Counted from the stretch's first letter, positions 1-10,650 are shown. The stretch: DNA of 64,000 nucleotides from an uncultured Pseudomonadota bacterium (GCA_963843375.1 CAWJKT010000008.1:1-64000); one strand, 5' to 3'. Translations and numbers: made by a program. Notes: a model not told the origin generated them from the letters alone.

Positions 1-752
1 GGAGGAAGCATCATCTTATACTTGTTCATCATATCGGCGCGGAATTGGATGCCCTTCAAGGTATTTGGGTCAGTTGCAAAAGTCCACTTGGTAGGGTGCT
101 TCACATCATCCGTAAAACTTCCTCCCGCATCGTAAACCCAGGCGTCAAATAGGGGCCAGTCGTCCACAAAACCCCAACGGGTCACCTTGCCGGAAGCATC
201 GGTTTTCATGACTTTCTTGCCATCGGCAACGAATTGGTTCCAATCCCAGTCGTCGGTAGGGTATGGAATCCCCGCTTCGTCAAAAGCTTTCTTATTGTAA
301 TAAATCAAACCGATAGGAGCTGTGTCCCGAGGTATAACGTAGGTTTGACCATCAACGGTATAACGGTCAATGACTTGGGGATAGTCAACACTCAAATCAA
401 AATGATCAGCTTGTATGTAGGGATTCAGAGGCTCCAAGGCGCCCGCTAGATAGAAGTTAACAAAGTTATTCGCTTCCACAAAGATCACATCCGGGGCTTC
501 CCCGCCAGCAATTTGGGTTAAAAGATGCTGAACATAATCGGAAAAAGCCGTACGTTCCAATACGGCGGTGACGCCGGGGTGAGATTGATTGTATTGATTA
601 ATAAGTTCAACGAGGATTTGATTTTCTTCAGGAGAGCCCCAGGAAGATATCCTGATTTTAGTCCCCCCGCTCTTGGAACATCCGGTAACAATGAAAGTTG
701 CCGCCAGTGCCAGACATGCGAAGCCAGCCAAAACCAACCGAAGATTTTTCAT
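1..752 (-). CDS. Sugar ABC transporter substrate-binding lipoprotein (5' part; runs off window start)
   Basis: Not in ORF track; manual translation from ATG at 752 (GGGAGG upstream): MKNLRLVLAGFACLALAATFIVTGC (lipobox) SKSGGTKIRISSWGSPEENQ...QIAGGEAPDVIF, typical of family-1 extracellular solute-binding proteins. Confidence 0.85.
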   Translation of the reverse strand, partial: MKNLRLVLAGFACLALAATFIVTGCSKSGGTKIRISSWGSPEENQILVELINQYNQSHPGVTAVLERTAFSDYVQHLLTQIAGGEAPDVIFVEANNFVNFYLAGALEPLNPYIQADHFDLSVDYPQVIDRYTVDGQTYVIPRDTAPIGLIYYNKKAFDEAGIPYPTDDWDWNQFVADGKKVMKTDASGKVTRWGFVDDWPLFDAWVYDAGGSFTDDVKHPTKWTFATDPNTLKGIQFRADMMNKYKMMLP

Positions 753-1066
753 GAAACCTCCCAAACAGGTACTGGGTGTCTTTTGTTGGATTAAACGGAA
801 AGGACTTAAGCGGTGTACAGTATGTCATAGCCCCCTTGGAGTCGTCAACGAAGAAAACCTCGCGCCTATATTTGGAAACAAAAAAATTTAATAAAAGCGC
901 TTACTTGTTAGGCAACCCCGGCGAGGCTCTTAACTCCTCTAAAATCATCCAAGAAAAAATGAATTTCTCCACTCGTTCCAAGGGCTTAGGCTAGAATTGT
1001 TGCTCGGTTTTCCTTGCAATCTTTACCATTGCTGAAAACCCTCAATTCCACTAAAAGGAAACTCCG

Positions 1067-3349
1067 ATGAAAAATGAATTTATTGCCGGGGCATTATTGC
1101 TTTTATCGACATCGTCCCTAGTTAGGGCCGAAAGTACCCCTATCCCAAATTCTACCGCACCAGCTAAATCAAGGGCAGTCCCAGCGTTCTCTCCGATTGA
1201 TGCTAAAGTGAATGCCTTATTAGCGAAAATGACTTTGGGTGAAAAAATCGGTCAAATGATTCAATATGCTCCTTGGAAATCCACCGAGGATAAGATCAAG
1301 GGTGAAACCGCTCAAGGTAAAGTCGGCTCCCTGTTAAACGTGTTTGGGGCCAAGAACTGTAATGAGTATCAAAAAATCGCACTGGAACAAACCCGCCTTC
1401 ATATTCCCATTTTGTTCGGCTTGGACGTTATCCACGGTTATAAAACCATTTTTCCCATTCCCCTGGCGGAAGACTGTGCGTGGAATCCGGACTTGCTCGA
1501 AAAATGTGAAGGCGCTGCCGCACAAGAAGCCTCAGCGGCTGGCATCCGCTGGACTTTTGCTCCCATGGTGGATGTTTCTCGCGAACCCCGGTGGGGCCGT
1601 ATTTCCGAAGGTTCGGGTGAAGACCCTACCTTGGGATCCATTCTTGCCGTCGCCCGAGTACACGGTTTCCAAGGCCAACACTTGAACGATCCGGGTTCCA
1701 TCGCTGCTTGTGCGAAGCATTTTGTGGGTTACGGCGCTCCAGTGGCAGGCCGAGAATACAATACCACTGACATGTCCGAAGTCACTTTGCGTGAAATTCA
1801 CTTGCCCCCTTTTAAGGCTGCAGTAGAGGCTGGAGTGGAAACTTTAATGAGCGCCTTTAATGATCTCAATGGAGTTCCGGCTTCAGGAAACAAACATACT
1901 CTTCGGGACATTTTGAAAGGCGAATGGGGCTTTAAAGGGTTCGTGGTCTCCGACTGGGCTTCCATCCAACAACTCGTCCCGCAAGGTTTTGCGGCAGATG
2001 ACAAGGAAGCAACGATTAAGGGTGTCTTGGCGGGCGTTGATATGGACATGCAATCCCATGTTTATGGCGACTATATAGCCGAGTTGGTGAAGGAAAAGAA
2101 AATTCCCTTGCGATTGGTCAATGATGCGGTGCGCCGCATCCTCAAAGTTAAATATGAACTCGGGCTTTTCGACAACCCTTATTCGGATGAATCCAAAGAA
2201 GCGGAACTCACCCTAACTCAGGCCAATCTCGACCTGGCGCTCCAAGAGGCGGAGCAATCCATTGTTCTTTTGAAAAATGACAAGAACCTACTTCCACTTT
2301 CGAAAAACTTGAATAAAATCGCCGTCATCGGATCGCTCGCCAATTCCAAACTAGATTCCTTGGGTTCCTGGCATTGCCGCGGCGAGGATGTTTTAGATAA
2401 GGTCACCACCGTTCTTGATGGCATTAAGTCCAAGGTCTCTCCTGATTGTAAAGTCCTATACGCACCAGGAGTTGGAACGACAACAGACGAGACGGCCAAT
2501 AAAGCTTTGGCGGAGGCCGTCGATACGGCAAAGAAATCCCAAGTGGCCATCGTTGTCGTGGGCGAAACCCAGGATATGAGTGGTGAGGCCGCCGCCCGTA
2601 CCTCCCTTGATCTTCCAGGCCGCCAAGAGGAAATGGTAAAGGCCCTCCAAGCGACAGGCGTGCCAATTGTTCTGGTCTTAATGAACGGACGCCCTCTCAC
2701 CATCCCCTGGGAGGCGGAACACCTCCCCGCTATTGTGGAAAGCTGGTTCTTGGGTTCGCAACAAGGAAACGCTTTAGCCAATGTCCTTTTTGGTGATACT
2801 AATCCCTCCGGCAAATTGGTGGTTACCTTTCCTCGCAACGTGGGACAAATCCCCATTTACTACGCCCAAATGAATACGGGACGCCCAAACATAGGTAAGG
2901 AAAAATGGGAATCCAAATATATCGATTCCCCTAATAGTCCCCAATATCCTTTTGGCTTCGGCTTGAGCTATACCCAGTTTGATTACAGCAACCTGGCTTT
3001 AAGCGATAAAGTTCTAAGTCCTTCCGGCGAATTGAAGATTACCGCTATGATCAAAAACACCGGCGGGATGAAAGGAACCGAAATCGTCCAACTTTATATC
3101 CAAGATATCGCCGCCAATATCACCCAACCCGTCCGAAAACTGATGGATTTCAAACGCCTGACGTTGGAGGCAGGGGAAACCCAATTGGTGGTATTCGATC
3201 TTCCAGCCTCCAAATTGGGTTATTACAACGAATTAGGAAAATACATTGTGGAGCCCGGCAAATTCAACGTCTGGGTGGCAAAGGATTCCTCGGACAGCAC
3301 GCTAAAAGATTCTTTCGAATTAACCGGTCTTCTTAAAACCGTCCATTAA
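1067..3349 (+). CDS. bglX: Secreted/periplasmic GH3 beta-glucosidase (BglX-like) with C-terminal Fn3-like domain
   Basis: Signal peptide; GLDVIHG, PRWGRISEGSGEDP, KHFVGYG, GFVVSDW (nucleophile Asp), SGEAAAR, YPFGFGLSY motifs. Confidence 0.92.
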   Translation: MKNEFIAGALLLLSTSSLVRAESTPIPNSTAPAKSRAVPAFSPIDAKVNALLAKMTLGEKIGQMIQYAPWKSTEDKIKGETAQGKVGSLLNVFGAKNCNEYQKIALEQTRLHIPILFGLDVIHGYKTIFPIPLAEDCAWNPDLLEKCEGAAAQEASAAGIRWTFAPMVDVSREPRWGRISEGSGEDPTLGSILAVARVHGFQGQHLNDPGSIAACAKHFVGYGAPVAGREYNTTDMSEVTLREIHLPPFKAAVEAGVETLMSAFNDLNGVPASGNKHTLRDILKGEWGFKGFVVSDWASIQQLVPQGFAADDKEATIKGVLAGVDMDMQSHVYGDYIAELVKEKKIPLRLVNDAVRRILKVKYELGLFDNPYSDESKEAELTLTQANLDLALQEAEQSIVLLKNDKNLLPLSKNLNKIAVIGSLANSKLDSLGSWHCRGEDVLDKVTTVLDGIKSKVSPDCKVLYAPGVGTTTDETANKALAEAVDTAKKSQVAIVVVGETQDMSGEAAARTSLDLPGRQEEMVKALQATGVPIVLVLMNGRPLTIPWEAEHLPAIVESWFLGSQQGNALANVLFGDTNPSGKLVVTFPRNVGQIPIYYAQMNTGRPNIGKEKWESKYIDSPNSPQYPFGFGLSYTQFDYSNLALSDKVLSPSGELKITAMIKNTGGMKGTEIVQLYIQDIAANITQPVRKLMDFKRLTLEAGETQLVVFDLPASKLGYYNELGKYIVEPGKFNVWVAKDSSDSTLKDSFELTGLLKTVH

Positions 3350-3363
3350 GCTCGATCATCACT

Positions 3364-4080
3364 ATGACTTCAGTCAAAAAATGGGATGGCCAGAGGGAAA
3401 CCCTTGACGATCTTGCCGAGGCAATTCACTACAACGAATGGATTTACCAGATATTGCGGCCCTATGTTGGAACCCGCATCTTGGAAATCGGTTGTGGAAT
3501 CGGCAACTTGACGAGGTATCTCCAAAAACATGGACCCGTATTAGCAGTGGATTTCCACCCCGGATACCTTGAGACCGCAAAAAAAAACCTCAAAGGTCTT
3601 TCTGGTGTCATATTTAAGAAAATAAATCTCGAAAAGAGACTTGTTTCTTTACGCTCCTTTCAACCTGATACCCTCATTTGCGTTAACGTATTGGAGCATC
3701 TTTCCAACGATCAGCAGGTCTTAAAAAGATGCCTGACCCTCCTCCCGCCGGGTGGAAGGTTATTATTGTTCGTGCCCGCTTTCCAATTTCTTTTCGGCAC
3801 CATGGATCTAAGTTACGGCCATTACCGACGTTACTCCAAGAAAAACCTAAAAAGCATGATGGAGACCGCGGGATTTCAAGTGGACTATTGCCGCTATTTA
3901 AATTTATTAGGCGTATTTGGTTGGTGGCTGAATGGAAAAATTCTAAAAAGAAAAATCATTCCCAAGTCGCAAATGCTTCTTTACGATAAGGTAGTTCAGT
4001 TTTCTTCAAGAATCGAAAAATTCCTTCCAAAACCACTAGGGCTCTCCCTTTTTTGCGTGGGCCGAAAGTCAAAGGCCTGA
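3364..4080 (+). CDS. Class I SAM-dependent methyltransferase (glycan-locus type)
   Basis: ILEIGCGIG motif I, NVLEH, D..YGHYRRY; adjacent to GT2. Confidence 0.85.
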   Translation: MTSVKKWDGQRETLDDLAEAIHYNEWIYQILRPYVGTRILEIGCGIGNLTRYLQKHGPVLAVDFHPGYLETAKKNLKGLSGVIFKKINLEKRLVSLRSFQPDTLICVNVLEHLSNDQQVLKRCLTLLPPGGRLLLFVPAFQFLFGTMDLSYGHYRRYSKKNLKSMMETAGFQVDYCRYLNLLGVFGWWLNGKILKRKIIPKSQMLLYDKVVQFSSRIEKFLPKPLGLSLFCVGRKSKA

Positions 4081-4109
4081 TTTATTTACTGAAGAAAAAT
4101 GGTTTTCAT

Positions 4110-4138
4110 TTGCACACCGAATATTAATCTTATAAAGT
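4110..4138 (+). promoter_or_regulatory. Putative sigma70 promoter for GT2
   Basis: TTGCAC-17 nt-TAAAGT, 47 nt upstream of ATG 4185. Confidence 0.35.
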
Positions 4139-4184
4139 AAACGCACTGACGATTTTTCGAAATACTCCAGACCTGGAAAACACC

Positions 4185-4889
4185 ATGGTTTTTCAAAAGC
4201 CTCGATCTTTATCGATCATTGTTCCCGTTTACAACGAAGAAAAAACCATTCTCCAACTCCTGAAAAAAGTCCAAGTTGTAAAACTTTTAGGACTTAAAAA
4301 ACAAATCATCATTGTCGATGACGGATCTACTGATAAAACTCCGCAACTCCTTAAAAACTTGAAAGTTCCCGGAGGTAAAATCCTTCAACACGATAAAAAC
4401 CGGGGTAAAGGCGCCGCGATTCGAACAGCTATTCCATATACCACGGGCGACATCGTGATCATTCAGGACGCGGACCTGGAATATGACCCCTCCGACTACA
4501 AAATCGTCTTAGCCCCCCTCCTGGATGGATCGGCGGATGTCGTTTACGGTTCCCGTTTCAAAGGCATCCATCGAGCTTTTCTCTTCTGGCATTACGTCGG
4601 AAATAAATTTTTGACTTTCTTGACGAACCTCTTATACGACACGGTTTTGACTGATATGGAAACCTGTTACAAAGCCTTTCGAGGCGAAATCATTCGTTCC
4701 TTGCGCCTTCGGTCGAACCGTTTCGATTTCGAACCCGAAGTCACCGCCAAAGTCTTGAAGCGAGGTTGCAAACTTTTCGAGGTCCCGATTTCATTTCGCG
4801 GCCGGGGGTTTGAGGAAGGAAAAAAAATCACTTGGCGGGACGGTATCGTAGCCTTATATTGCCTCCTGCGTTACCGCTTCATGGATTGA
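4185..4889 (+). CDS. GT2 glycosyltransferase, DPM1/polyprenol-phosphate sugar synthase-like
   Basis: IIVPVYNEE, VDDGSTD, GKGAA, IQDADLEYDP, DMETCYK, GKKITWRDG. Confidence 0.9.
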   Translation: MVFQKPRSLSIIVPVYNEEKTILQLLKKVQVVKLLGLKKQIIIVDDGSTDKTPQLLKNLKVPGGKILQHDKNRGKGAAIRTAIPYTTGDIVIIQDADLEYDPSDYKIVLAPLLDGSADVVYGSRFKGIHRAFLFWHYVGNKFLTFLTNLLYDTVLTDMETCYKAFRGEIIRSLRLRSNRFDFEPEVTAKVLKRGCKLFEVPISFRGRGFEEGKKITWRDGIVALYCLLRYRFMD

Positions 4890-5091
4890 TAGACCCAACC
4901 CTTAAAAACAAGACTTCGAACCTTTTTAAAGCCCCGAAATAAGGGTTTTACATTCGATCAAAGAAACCTCATTCCTCCGTTAAAAAAACCTCCATATGCT
5001 CATTTTGCGGGCCAAAACCTCCATAAACATGTTATCTTTATTTCTCTTTCAACCAACCGCCGTGATCCAAAGTTATGGAGCGTGGAAAACA

Positions 5092-6096
5092 ATGCCAAAA
5101 ATTGCCAAGAATAAAAAATTATCTAAGAGCAAGTCTCCGACCAAACGAGCTCCGCGGAAAGGATCAAAAAAATTTCTATTCCTTTTTGCGGTCTTGGGAT
5201 TATTTATTGCTGCGGATTTGATTTCGGTTCTCTATAACAAATCCAACGAAGCGAAAGTGATTACCGTCCAGAAAATACAGGAGTTCAGCGGTGACAACCA
5301 AGCTTCCGGAACCTTTAAAGGCTGGGATATTTTAGCCCTACCCAACGCCATTGCCCTCACCGACCAAGGCCAAAACCGAATTTTAGTGTTTGACCGGGAT
5401 GGCAAATTGTTAAATAAAATCGACTCGGATAAAGCCGGGGCCCCGCCCTTCAAGGAACCTTCTTGTCTAACCTCGGATTCCAATGGGAATATTTACGTCA
5501 TGGATACATGGAACACCATGATTCGTGGTTTCAATTCCAACGGCGACTCCATCCTCAAACTGGATTTGAGTGCGAAGAGTTTTTACGGACCCCGGGGACT
5601 CGCCTGGGACAACAACGCTTTCGTGATCGCGGACACTGGCAGCCATCGCATTGCAAAGGTTACTTTGGATGGAAGTGTCGCAGGGGCTTGGGGAAGCCGG
5701 GGATCGGGCAAGGGTATGTTCAATAACCCCTATGAGGTGGCCACCGATGGTCACAGCAACTATTATGTAGTGGATCGGGACAATAACCGTATTGAAGTCC
5801 TAGATTCCCAGGGGCGATTTGTTCGGGAGATACGGATTGGCGCCCCTCCGACAGCTGAAGCAGTTGATCCCCAACGAAAGTTACTTTACGTCACTTCCCA
5901 AGACGGCCAATTCGTCAAGGCTTACGATCTGGATGGTAAATTTATTGGCAATCTCACAGAAGCAGGCCAGAAAGGGCAACCCTTGTCAGGAATTAACGCC
6001 CTCAGTGTATTCCCAGATGGGGATATTGCGGCTCTTCGGGATGGAAGCAGGGTGCAAATTTATCATACGGTTCCAACTCCCGAGAAACCTCAATAG
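5092..6096 (+). CDS. Membrane-anchored NHL-repeat beta-propeller protein
   Basis: Likely start ATG 5092 (GGAG upstream); K/R-rich N-terminus, one TM, NHL repeats (FKEPS, DTWN, FYGPRGLA, ADTGSHRI, FNNPYEVA, DRDNNRI). Confidence 0.85.
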   Translation: MPKIAKNKKLSKSKSPTKRAPRKGSKKFLFLFAVLGLFIAADLISVLYNKSNEAKVITVQKIQEFSGDNQASGTFKGWDILALPNAIALTDQGQNRILVFDRDGKLLNKIDSDKAGAPPFKEPSCLTSDSNGNIYVMDTWNTMIRGFNSNGDSILKLDLSAKSFYGPRGLAWDNNAFVIADTGSHRIAKVTLDGSVAGAWGSRGSGKGMFNNPYEVATDGHSNYYVVDRDNNRIEVLDSQGRFVREIRIGAPPTAEAVDPQRKLLYVTSQDGQFVKAYDLDGKFIGNLTEAGQKGQPLSGINALSVFPDGDIAALRDGSRVQIYHTVPTPEKPQ

Positions 6097-6258
6097 GGGG
6101 TCTGAAAATGTTTGTCACGTCCCGTGGACATCTCTTAGTTGTATTAACGCGTCCAAAACAATCGGTGTTTTTCCATTTGCCAATTCGTGCTTTCGATTCA
6201 AAAGACAATTTTTCATATTTTTTAAGTCCCTTGTAAATTTATACCGTGAAAGCCCCCC

Positions 6259-7383
6259 ATGAGCTTCTTTAAGCAAGATTGCAGGCACTTTACGGGAGAG
6301 AAACCATGCGCTCCCCATAAGATAGAAGGTGTAATTTGCAGCGATTGTCCTAGATATGAACCTGTCAAGGAGCGGATTCTAATAATTAAATTGGACGCCG
6401 CCGGGGACGTTCTGCGCTCCACGTCCATTCTTCCCGCCTTCAAAAATGGAAATCCCGGCCTTGCGGTATGGTGGGTGACCGAAAACTCCTCAAAACCTCT
6501 TTTGGAAAAAAACCCTTATATCGATGTCCTTTTAGGTATTGATCCCGTTCTTTCCGGCTTACTTTCCACTGTTGCCTTCAGCCGCGCTTTCAATTTTGAT
6601 ATGGGCCGAAAAGCCGCTGCCATCTTGACCATGGCTAACAGTCCAATCAAAAAAGGGTTCGGCCTTTCCCCGGAAGGTTCTGTCGTTCCCCTGGAAAAGT
6701 CGGCGGAAACCTGGTTCGAGATGGGCATCTTCGATTCTGTCAAGCGAGCCAACCAAAGGACTTACCAAGACCATCTTTTTCAGTTGGCCGGATTTAAATA
6801 CCAGAACGAAAAACCCCAATTAAACCTGACCACAAAGGAAAAGGAATGGGCCCAGGCTTTTGCCAAGAAAAACCAACTTTCCAAATTCAAAAAGATTGTG
6901 GGATTTAATATTGGATCCGGAGGCCGTTGGCCCATGAAACGCTGGCGCCTAGAGGGATTCGAATGGCTCGCGAAGGCCTTAAAGAAAAAGCAACCTAAAA
7001 CCGGCATCCTGCTTTACGGGGGGCCGGAGGAAAGGGAGCTCATGCCGGCCTTGGCCAAAAAGCTCAAAGGACTTTGTTTGGCCACGGGGACGGACAATTC
7101 CCTTCGTCAGTTTGCGTCCCTTGTGGGTTTGACTGACGTCCTGGTGACGGGCGACACCTTAGCCTTGCACGTGGCAGTGGCATTACAAAAACGGATTGTG
7201 GCATATTTCGGCCCCACTTCCGATACCGAAATCGACCTTTATGAAAGTGGGGAGAAAGTCCTTCCCGTCTCCCCTTGCCAATGTTATTACCAAAGCCAAT
7301 GTACCGCAAAAGTTTCTTGCATGGATAACCTGAGGGAAAAAGACATGCTAGCAGCGGTGGAACGGCAGTTGAAAAAAGTTTAA
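6259..7383 (+). CDS. GT9 (LPS heptosyltransferase-like) glycosyltransferase with Cys-rich termini
   Basis: ILIIKLDAAGDVLRST, WPMKRW, GGPEE, VTGDTLALHVAVAL, FGPT. Confidence 0.88.
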   Translation: MSFFKQDCRHFTGEKPCAPHKIEGVICSDCPRYEPVKERILIIKLDAAGDVLRSTSILPAFKNGNPGLAVWWVTENSSKPLLEKNPYIDVLLGIDPVLSGLLSTVAFSRAFNFDMGRKAAAILTMANSPIKKGFGLSPEGSVVPLEKSAETWFEMGIFDSVKRANQRTYQDHLFQLAGFKYQNEKPQLNLTTKEKEWAQAFAKKNQLSKFKKIVGFNIGSGGRWPMKRWRLEGFEWLAKALKKKQPKTGILLYGGPEERELMPALAKKLKGLCLATGTDNSLRQFASLVGLTDVLVTGDTLALHVAVALQKRIVAYFGPTSDTEIDLYESGEKVLPVSPCQCYYQSQCTAKVSCMDNLREKDMLAAVERQLKKV

Positions 7384-7437
7384 GCTAAGTCTTCGTCCAG
7401 AACAGCACCCCAGCCTTTAGACACTTCACAATTCGAA

Positions 7438-8832
7438 TTAGGCCCTTTTCTTTTTTAAACTACCGCCCCGATTGGTGCTTTTTTTCCTACCCAACATTAT
7501 TTTATCGGATTCGAGTTTCGGCCCTTTAATAGAGGTTCCCTTTTTAGGGTTGTAAAAGGTTAAAAATATCTCCGCTAGCATAAAAAATGAAAAAACCGAT
7601 AGGTATTCAATGATCCTTTGATGGACCATACCCGATGATTCATACCAACTATACAAACTCAGGTAGCTCGCATCGTTTCCCAAATGGGCAAGAAAACAAG
7701 GAGTGTCTCCCCCGCCATCCGCAGGAATGGTCCAAAATAATCTTTGTGAAAAAGCCTGAAGCGCCAATAAAACAATAATAGCCCAGCGGAAACTAAAAAT
7801 TTTAGGTTTAGAATCCAAGGCGACTCCAATAATGAGATAAACAATTGGAGAAGCCCAGATCATGAATCTTTCATAATCATACCCTCCGAGTCGAGAGAGG
7901 ATTAAAACCGCCCCTAGCATGGCCAATAAATTGAGGTTTTCTTTAAAAAAGTTGAATACCGTTTTCGGAGCCACCAATATGGCCGAAAGGGCGGGCCCAT
8001 ATACGCTTAAAAACGACAAGAACCACATAGGAAGATTTTCGGGCTCAGAGAAACAAATCATGGCTTCTTTCGCAAACCCGTAGCTGTCACTCACGATTGA
8101 AACGCTATGCCGAAGGATATACCAAATCAGCACTGAAACGGACAAAGGAAGTATCTTCAGAAAAAAATTCGTCCAAAGGGATTTCCAGGGAGAATTTAAA
8201 CGCCATCCCACAAATAAATAACTCAAAGGGACTACAAAAACAAACTCCCTAAAAAGAATGCCCAAAGCGCTTAACAAAGCTACACCCATTGAGGTTTTAA
8301 GAAGGTCGCGTCCTTTTGCTGCCAAAATGAGCGACGCCAAAATGAAGACAATGGGCCAATAATCGGTTAATACAGGGTAAAACCAAACAAATCGCACCGG
8401 GCAAATCCAGTTTGTCTGGAAAATAAGACTAACCAAAAGCCGGATTTTCCAATCCTTAATCCAACACCCAAGCCACAAGGACAAAAGGACTACAATCAAT
8501 AAGCTAGCTATAAAATTGACAATGAAAAATCCCCTGACAAGGTTGTGCGCATCCGCCATTGCCGCCAAAAAGGAAGTACCGACACGGAAAACAAGGGGGC
8601 TAGGGGCCTCAGGTCTTTTGTGTTCGCTTATTTGTTGCGCTAATTGATAATAATAAACGCCATCCCAGCCTTGGCCGTTATTATTCGTGGTTGCTTTCTG
8701 AGTGATTGAGTTGACAATATTCATCAAAATGAAAATCGAAAGAACGGCGAACAACTCTTTTAAGGGAATAGTAAGGAATGGGATTAGAGGAGAAGGAACT
8801 TTCGATTTTTCTATTTTTGATTTTCGGATCAT
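7438..8832 (-). CDS. Polytopic membrane protein, probable GT-C-fold glycosyltransferase
   Basis: About 11 hydrophobic segments; GWDGVYYYQLA after TM1; PVLTD and FRE motifs; glycosylation-locus context. Confidence 0.55.
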   Translation of the reverse strand: MIRKSKIEKSKVPSPLIPFLTIPLKELFAVLSIFILMNIVNSITQKATTNNNGQGWDGVYYYQLAQQISEHKRPEAPSPLVFRVGTSFLAAMADAHNLVRGFFIVNFIASLLIVVLLSLWLGCWIKDWKIRLLVSLIFQTNWICPVRFVWFYPVLTDYWPIVFILASLILAAKGRDLLKTSMGVALLSALGILFREFVFVVPLSYLFVGWRLNSPWKSLWTNFFLKILPLSVSVLIWYILRHSVSIVSDSYGFAKEAMICFSEPENLPMWFLSFLSVYGPALSAILVAPKTVFNFFKENLNLLAMLGAVLILSRLGGYDYERFMIWASPIVYLIIGVALDSKPKIFSFRWAIIVLLALQAFSQRLFWTIPADGGGDTPCFLAHLGNDASYLSLYSWYESSGMVHQRIIEYLSVFSFFMLAEIFLTFYNPKKGTSIKGPKLESDKIMLGRKKSTNRGGSLKKKRA

Positions 8833-9140
8833 TAAAAGCGCTCTTCCAATTAAATCGGGATTAAAATAATCTATCTCAAGAAAAAACAGCGAAACTTGGG
8901 AATCACGACGGAAAACAGGTTGATCCTCTTGCCAAAATCAAATCCTCCAAGGGAGAATTCTTTAATTTGAGTTTCGTTATCTTTGCGGATTTTTTATTCA
9001 TCAAATTCTTAGATAAGTGTATTCAAATAAAAACAACGCAACGTTCGGATAGCCATTTTTAGGAGAATCAGCCGTTTCTTGGAAGTTCATTTAATTTAAA
9101 GATACCAAAAAATTTTAACAGAGGGCGGGTAAGAAAACAA

Positions 9141-9860
9141 ATGAGAACCATCATCATGATCCCAACCTACAATGAGCGCTCAAATATCTCCGATTTGGTC
9201 AAACTCCTCCACAAAAACGTTCCTCTAGCTCAAATATTGTTCGTTGACGACTCGTCCCCCGATGGAACCTTCGAAGAGGTGAGGAAATTAATGAAGCGGG
9301 ACAAAAAACTCCATCTGCTTTTACGAGATCGTTCCATTAAGGGCCGGGGTTGGGCGGGACGCGATGGATTCGTTAAGGCCCTTTCAATGGGCGCTGACAT
9401 GGTAGTAGAAATGGACGCAGACTTATCGCATCAGCCAAAATTTATTCCGGCTATGTTGAAACCCCTGATTTCAAGGGAAGCGGATATGGTCGTGGGAAGT
9501 CGTTACATTAAGGGAGGCAAGGATATGGACCGCCCCTTCCATCGCCAATTGACCAGCAATATTGCGCGTTACTATTTGAAATTCGTATTAGGTTTAGGAC
9601 CAAAAGATCCCACTTCTGGTTTTCGCGCTTTTTCGAAGGAAGCCCTTTGGAAAATTAAGGTGGAAACCCTCACGGCCCGCGACCCCTTTACCGTGTCCGA
9701 AATTTTATATCGTAGTTCACGGGCGAAATTGAGAATAAAAGAAGTGCCAATTGAATTTATAGACCGAACCCGGGGTGAATCCAAACTACAACTGACCACC
9801 CTTTTAAAATATCTCGGTCGTGCGCTTCTTTTACGACTTGGCCCCAATCCGCTAAACTAA
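9141..9860 (+). CDS. Polyprenol-monophosphomannose synthase-like GT2
   Basis: IPTYNERSNI, VDDSSPDGT, EMDADLSHQP, DPTSGFRAF, EVPIEFIDRTRGESKL. Confidence 0.88.
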   Translation: MRTIIMIPTYNERSNISDLVKLLHKNVPLAQILFVDDSSPDGTFEEVRKLMKRDKKLHLLLRDRSIKGRGWAGRDGFVKALSMGADMVVEMDADLSHQPKFIPAMLKPLISREADMVVGSRYIKGGKDMDRPFHRQLTSNIARYYLKFVLGLGPKDPTSGFRAFSKEALWKIKVETLTARDPFTVSEILYRSSRAKLRIKEVPIEFIDRTRGESKLQLTTLLKYLGRALLLRLGPNPLN

Positions 9861-9930
9861 TTAAGCTTATCTTTTTGCTCTTTGAATAAAACAAACGGAA
9901 AAGGTTACCCGCTCAAATCTCCGGAAGGGG

Positions 9931-10650
9931 TTATTTTTTAGCAGCGACATAATACTGTGCTCCAAGAGGAAGCCAGCTAAGACACCGGTCTAACCAACGG
10001 AAAAAGCCTCCTCGAAATGGAGTAAATAATATATATTTTTTTTCAACCACCTTTACGGGCGCCTGGCCCATAAGCTTTTCTACCTGTCTCGTTCTTAAAA
10101 GAATGGCATCGTCATCCATTTCACAGTTGGAGACTGCAATTTGGGTCAGGGGATTCCAAGGGTTGTGTTCAAATATGGCAATCAATCCCCCTTTTTTCGT
10201 CACGCGGGCCATCTCCCTGACAAATTGACTTAAACCATCCGGCATTACATGATGCATGACACAAATGGCAAAGGTCACATCCATGGATTGGGAAGCATAA
10301 GGGAGACTTTTACCGGCGTAATGGCGGTAAGAAGCTTTTGGATTCAAAGCCGCCGCCTTGCGGACAACTCCTCGGCTTAAATCAATCCCACAAAGTTTCT
10401 GGAAGTGCCTTATTAAATAAAAATCGGTTATTCCAACCCCACAACCGATATCAAGGATTTTCAACCGCGAAGGATCGCCCACGTGTCGTCGGGTCAGGCT
10501 TAAAAGATAATCTACTTTGACTTGAGTAAAAAAATCCAAATCCTGACCGATAAAAGAGATTGATTGTTGTATTTCCTGGCGATAGGTGTCTTTATATCTC
10601 TCAAATTCAACTCGGTGAGGGGCATCGGTTCTCAAGGGTTTGGAATTCAT
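9931..10650 (-). CDS. Class I SAM-dependent methyltransferase
   Basis: ILDIGCGVG, CVMHHV, IFEHNPWNPLT, LPLGAQY. Confidence 0.85.
   Translation of the reverse strand: MNSKPLRTDAPHRVEFERYKDTYRQEIQQSISFIGQDLDFFTQVKVDYLLSLTRRHVGDPSRLKILDIGCGVGITDFYLIRHFQKLCGIDLSRGVVRKAAALNPKASYRHYAGKSLPYASQSMDVTFAICVMHHVMPDGLSQFVREMARVTKKGGLIAIFEHNPWNPLTQIAVSNCEMDDDAILLRTRQVEKLMGQAPVKVVEKKYILFTPFRGGFFRWLDRCLSWLPLGAQYYVAAKK

Noticed and set aside
234..994. Four short plus-strand ORFs in the track
   Set aside because: Shadows of the minus-strand sugar-binding lipoprotein gene or of the divergent promoter region; no motifs
2218..2856. Long antisense ORFs (e.g. 212 aa here, 37130-37684, 17012-17536)
   Set aside because: Fully overlap well-supported genes on the opposite strand and show no recognisable motifs
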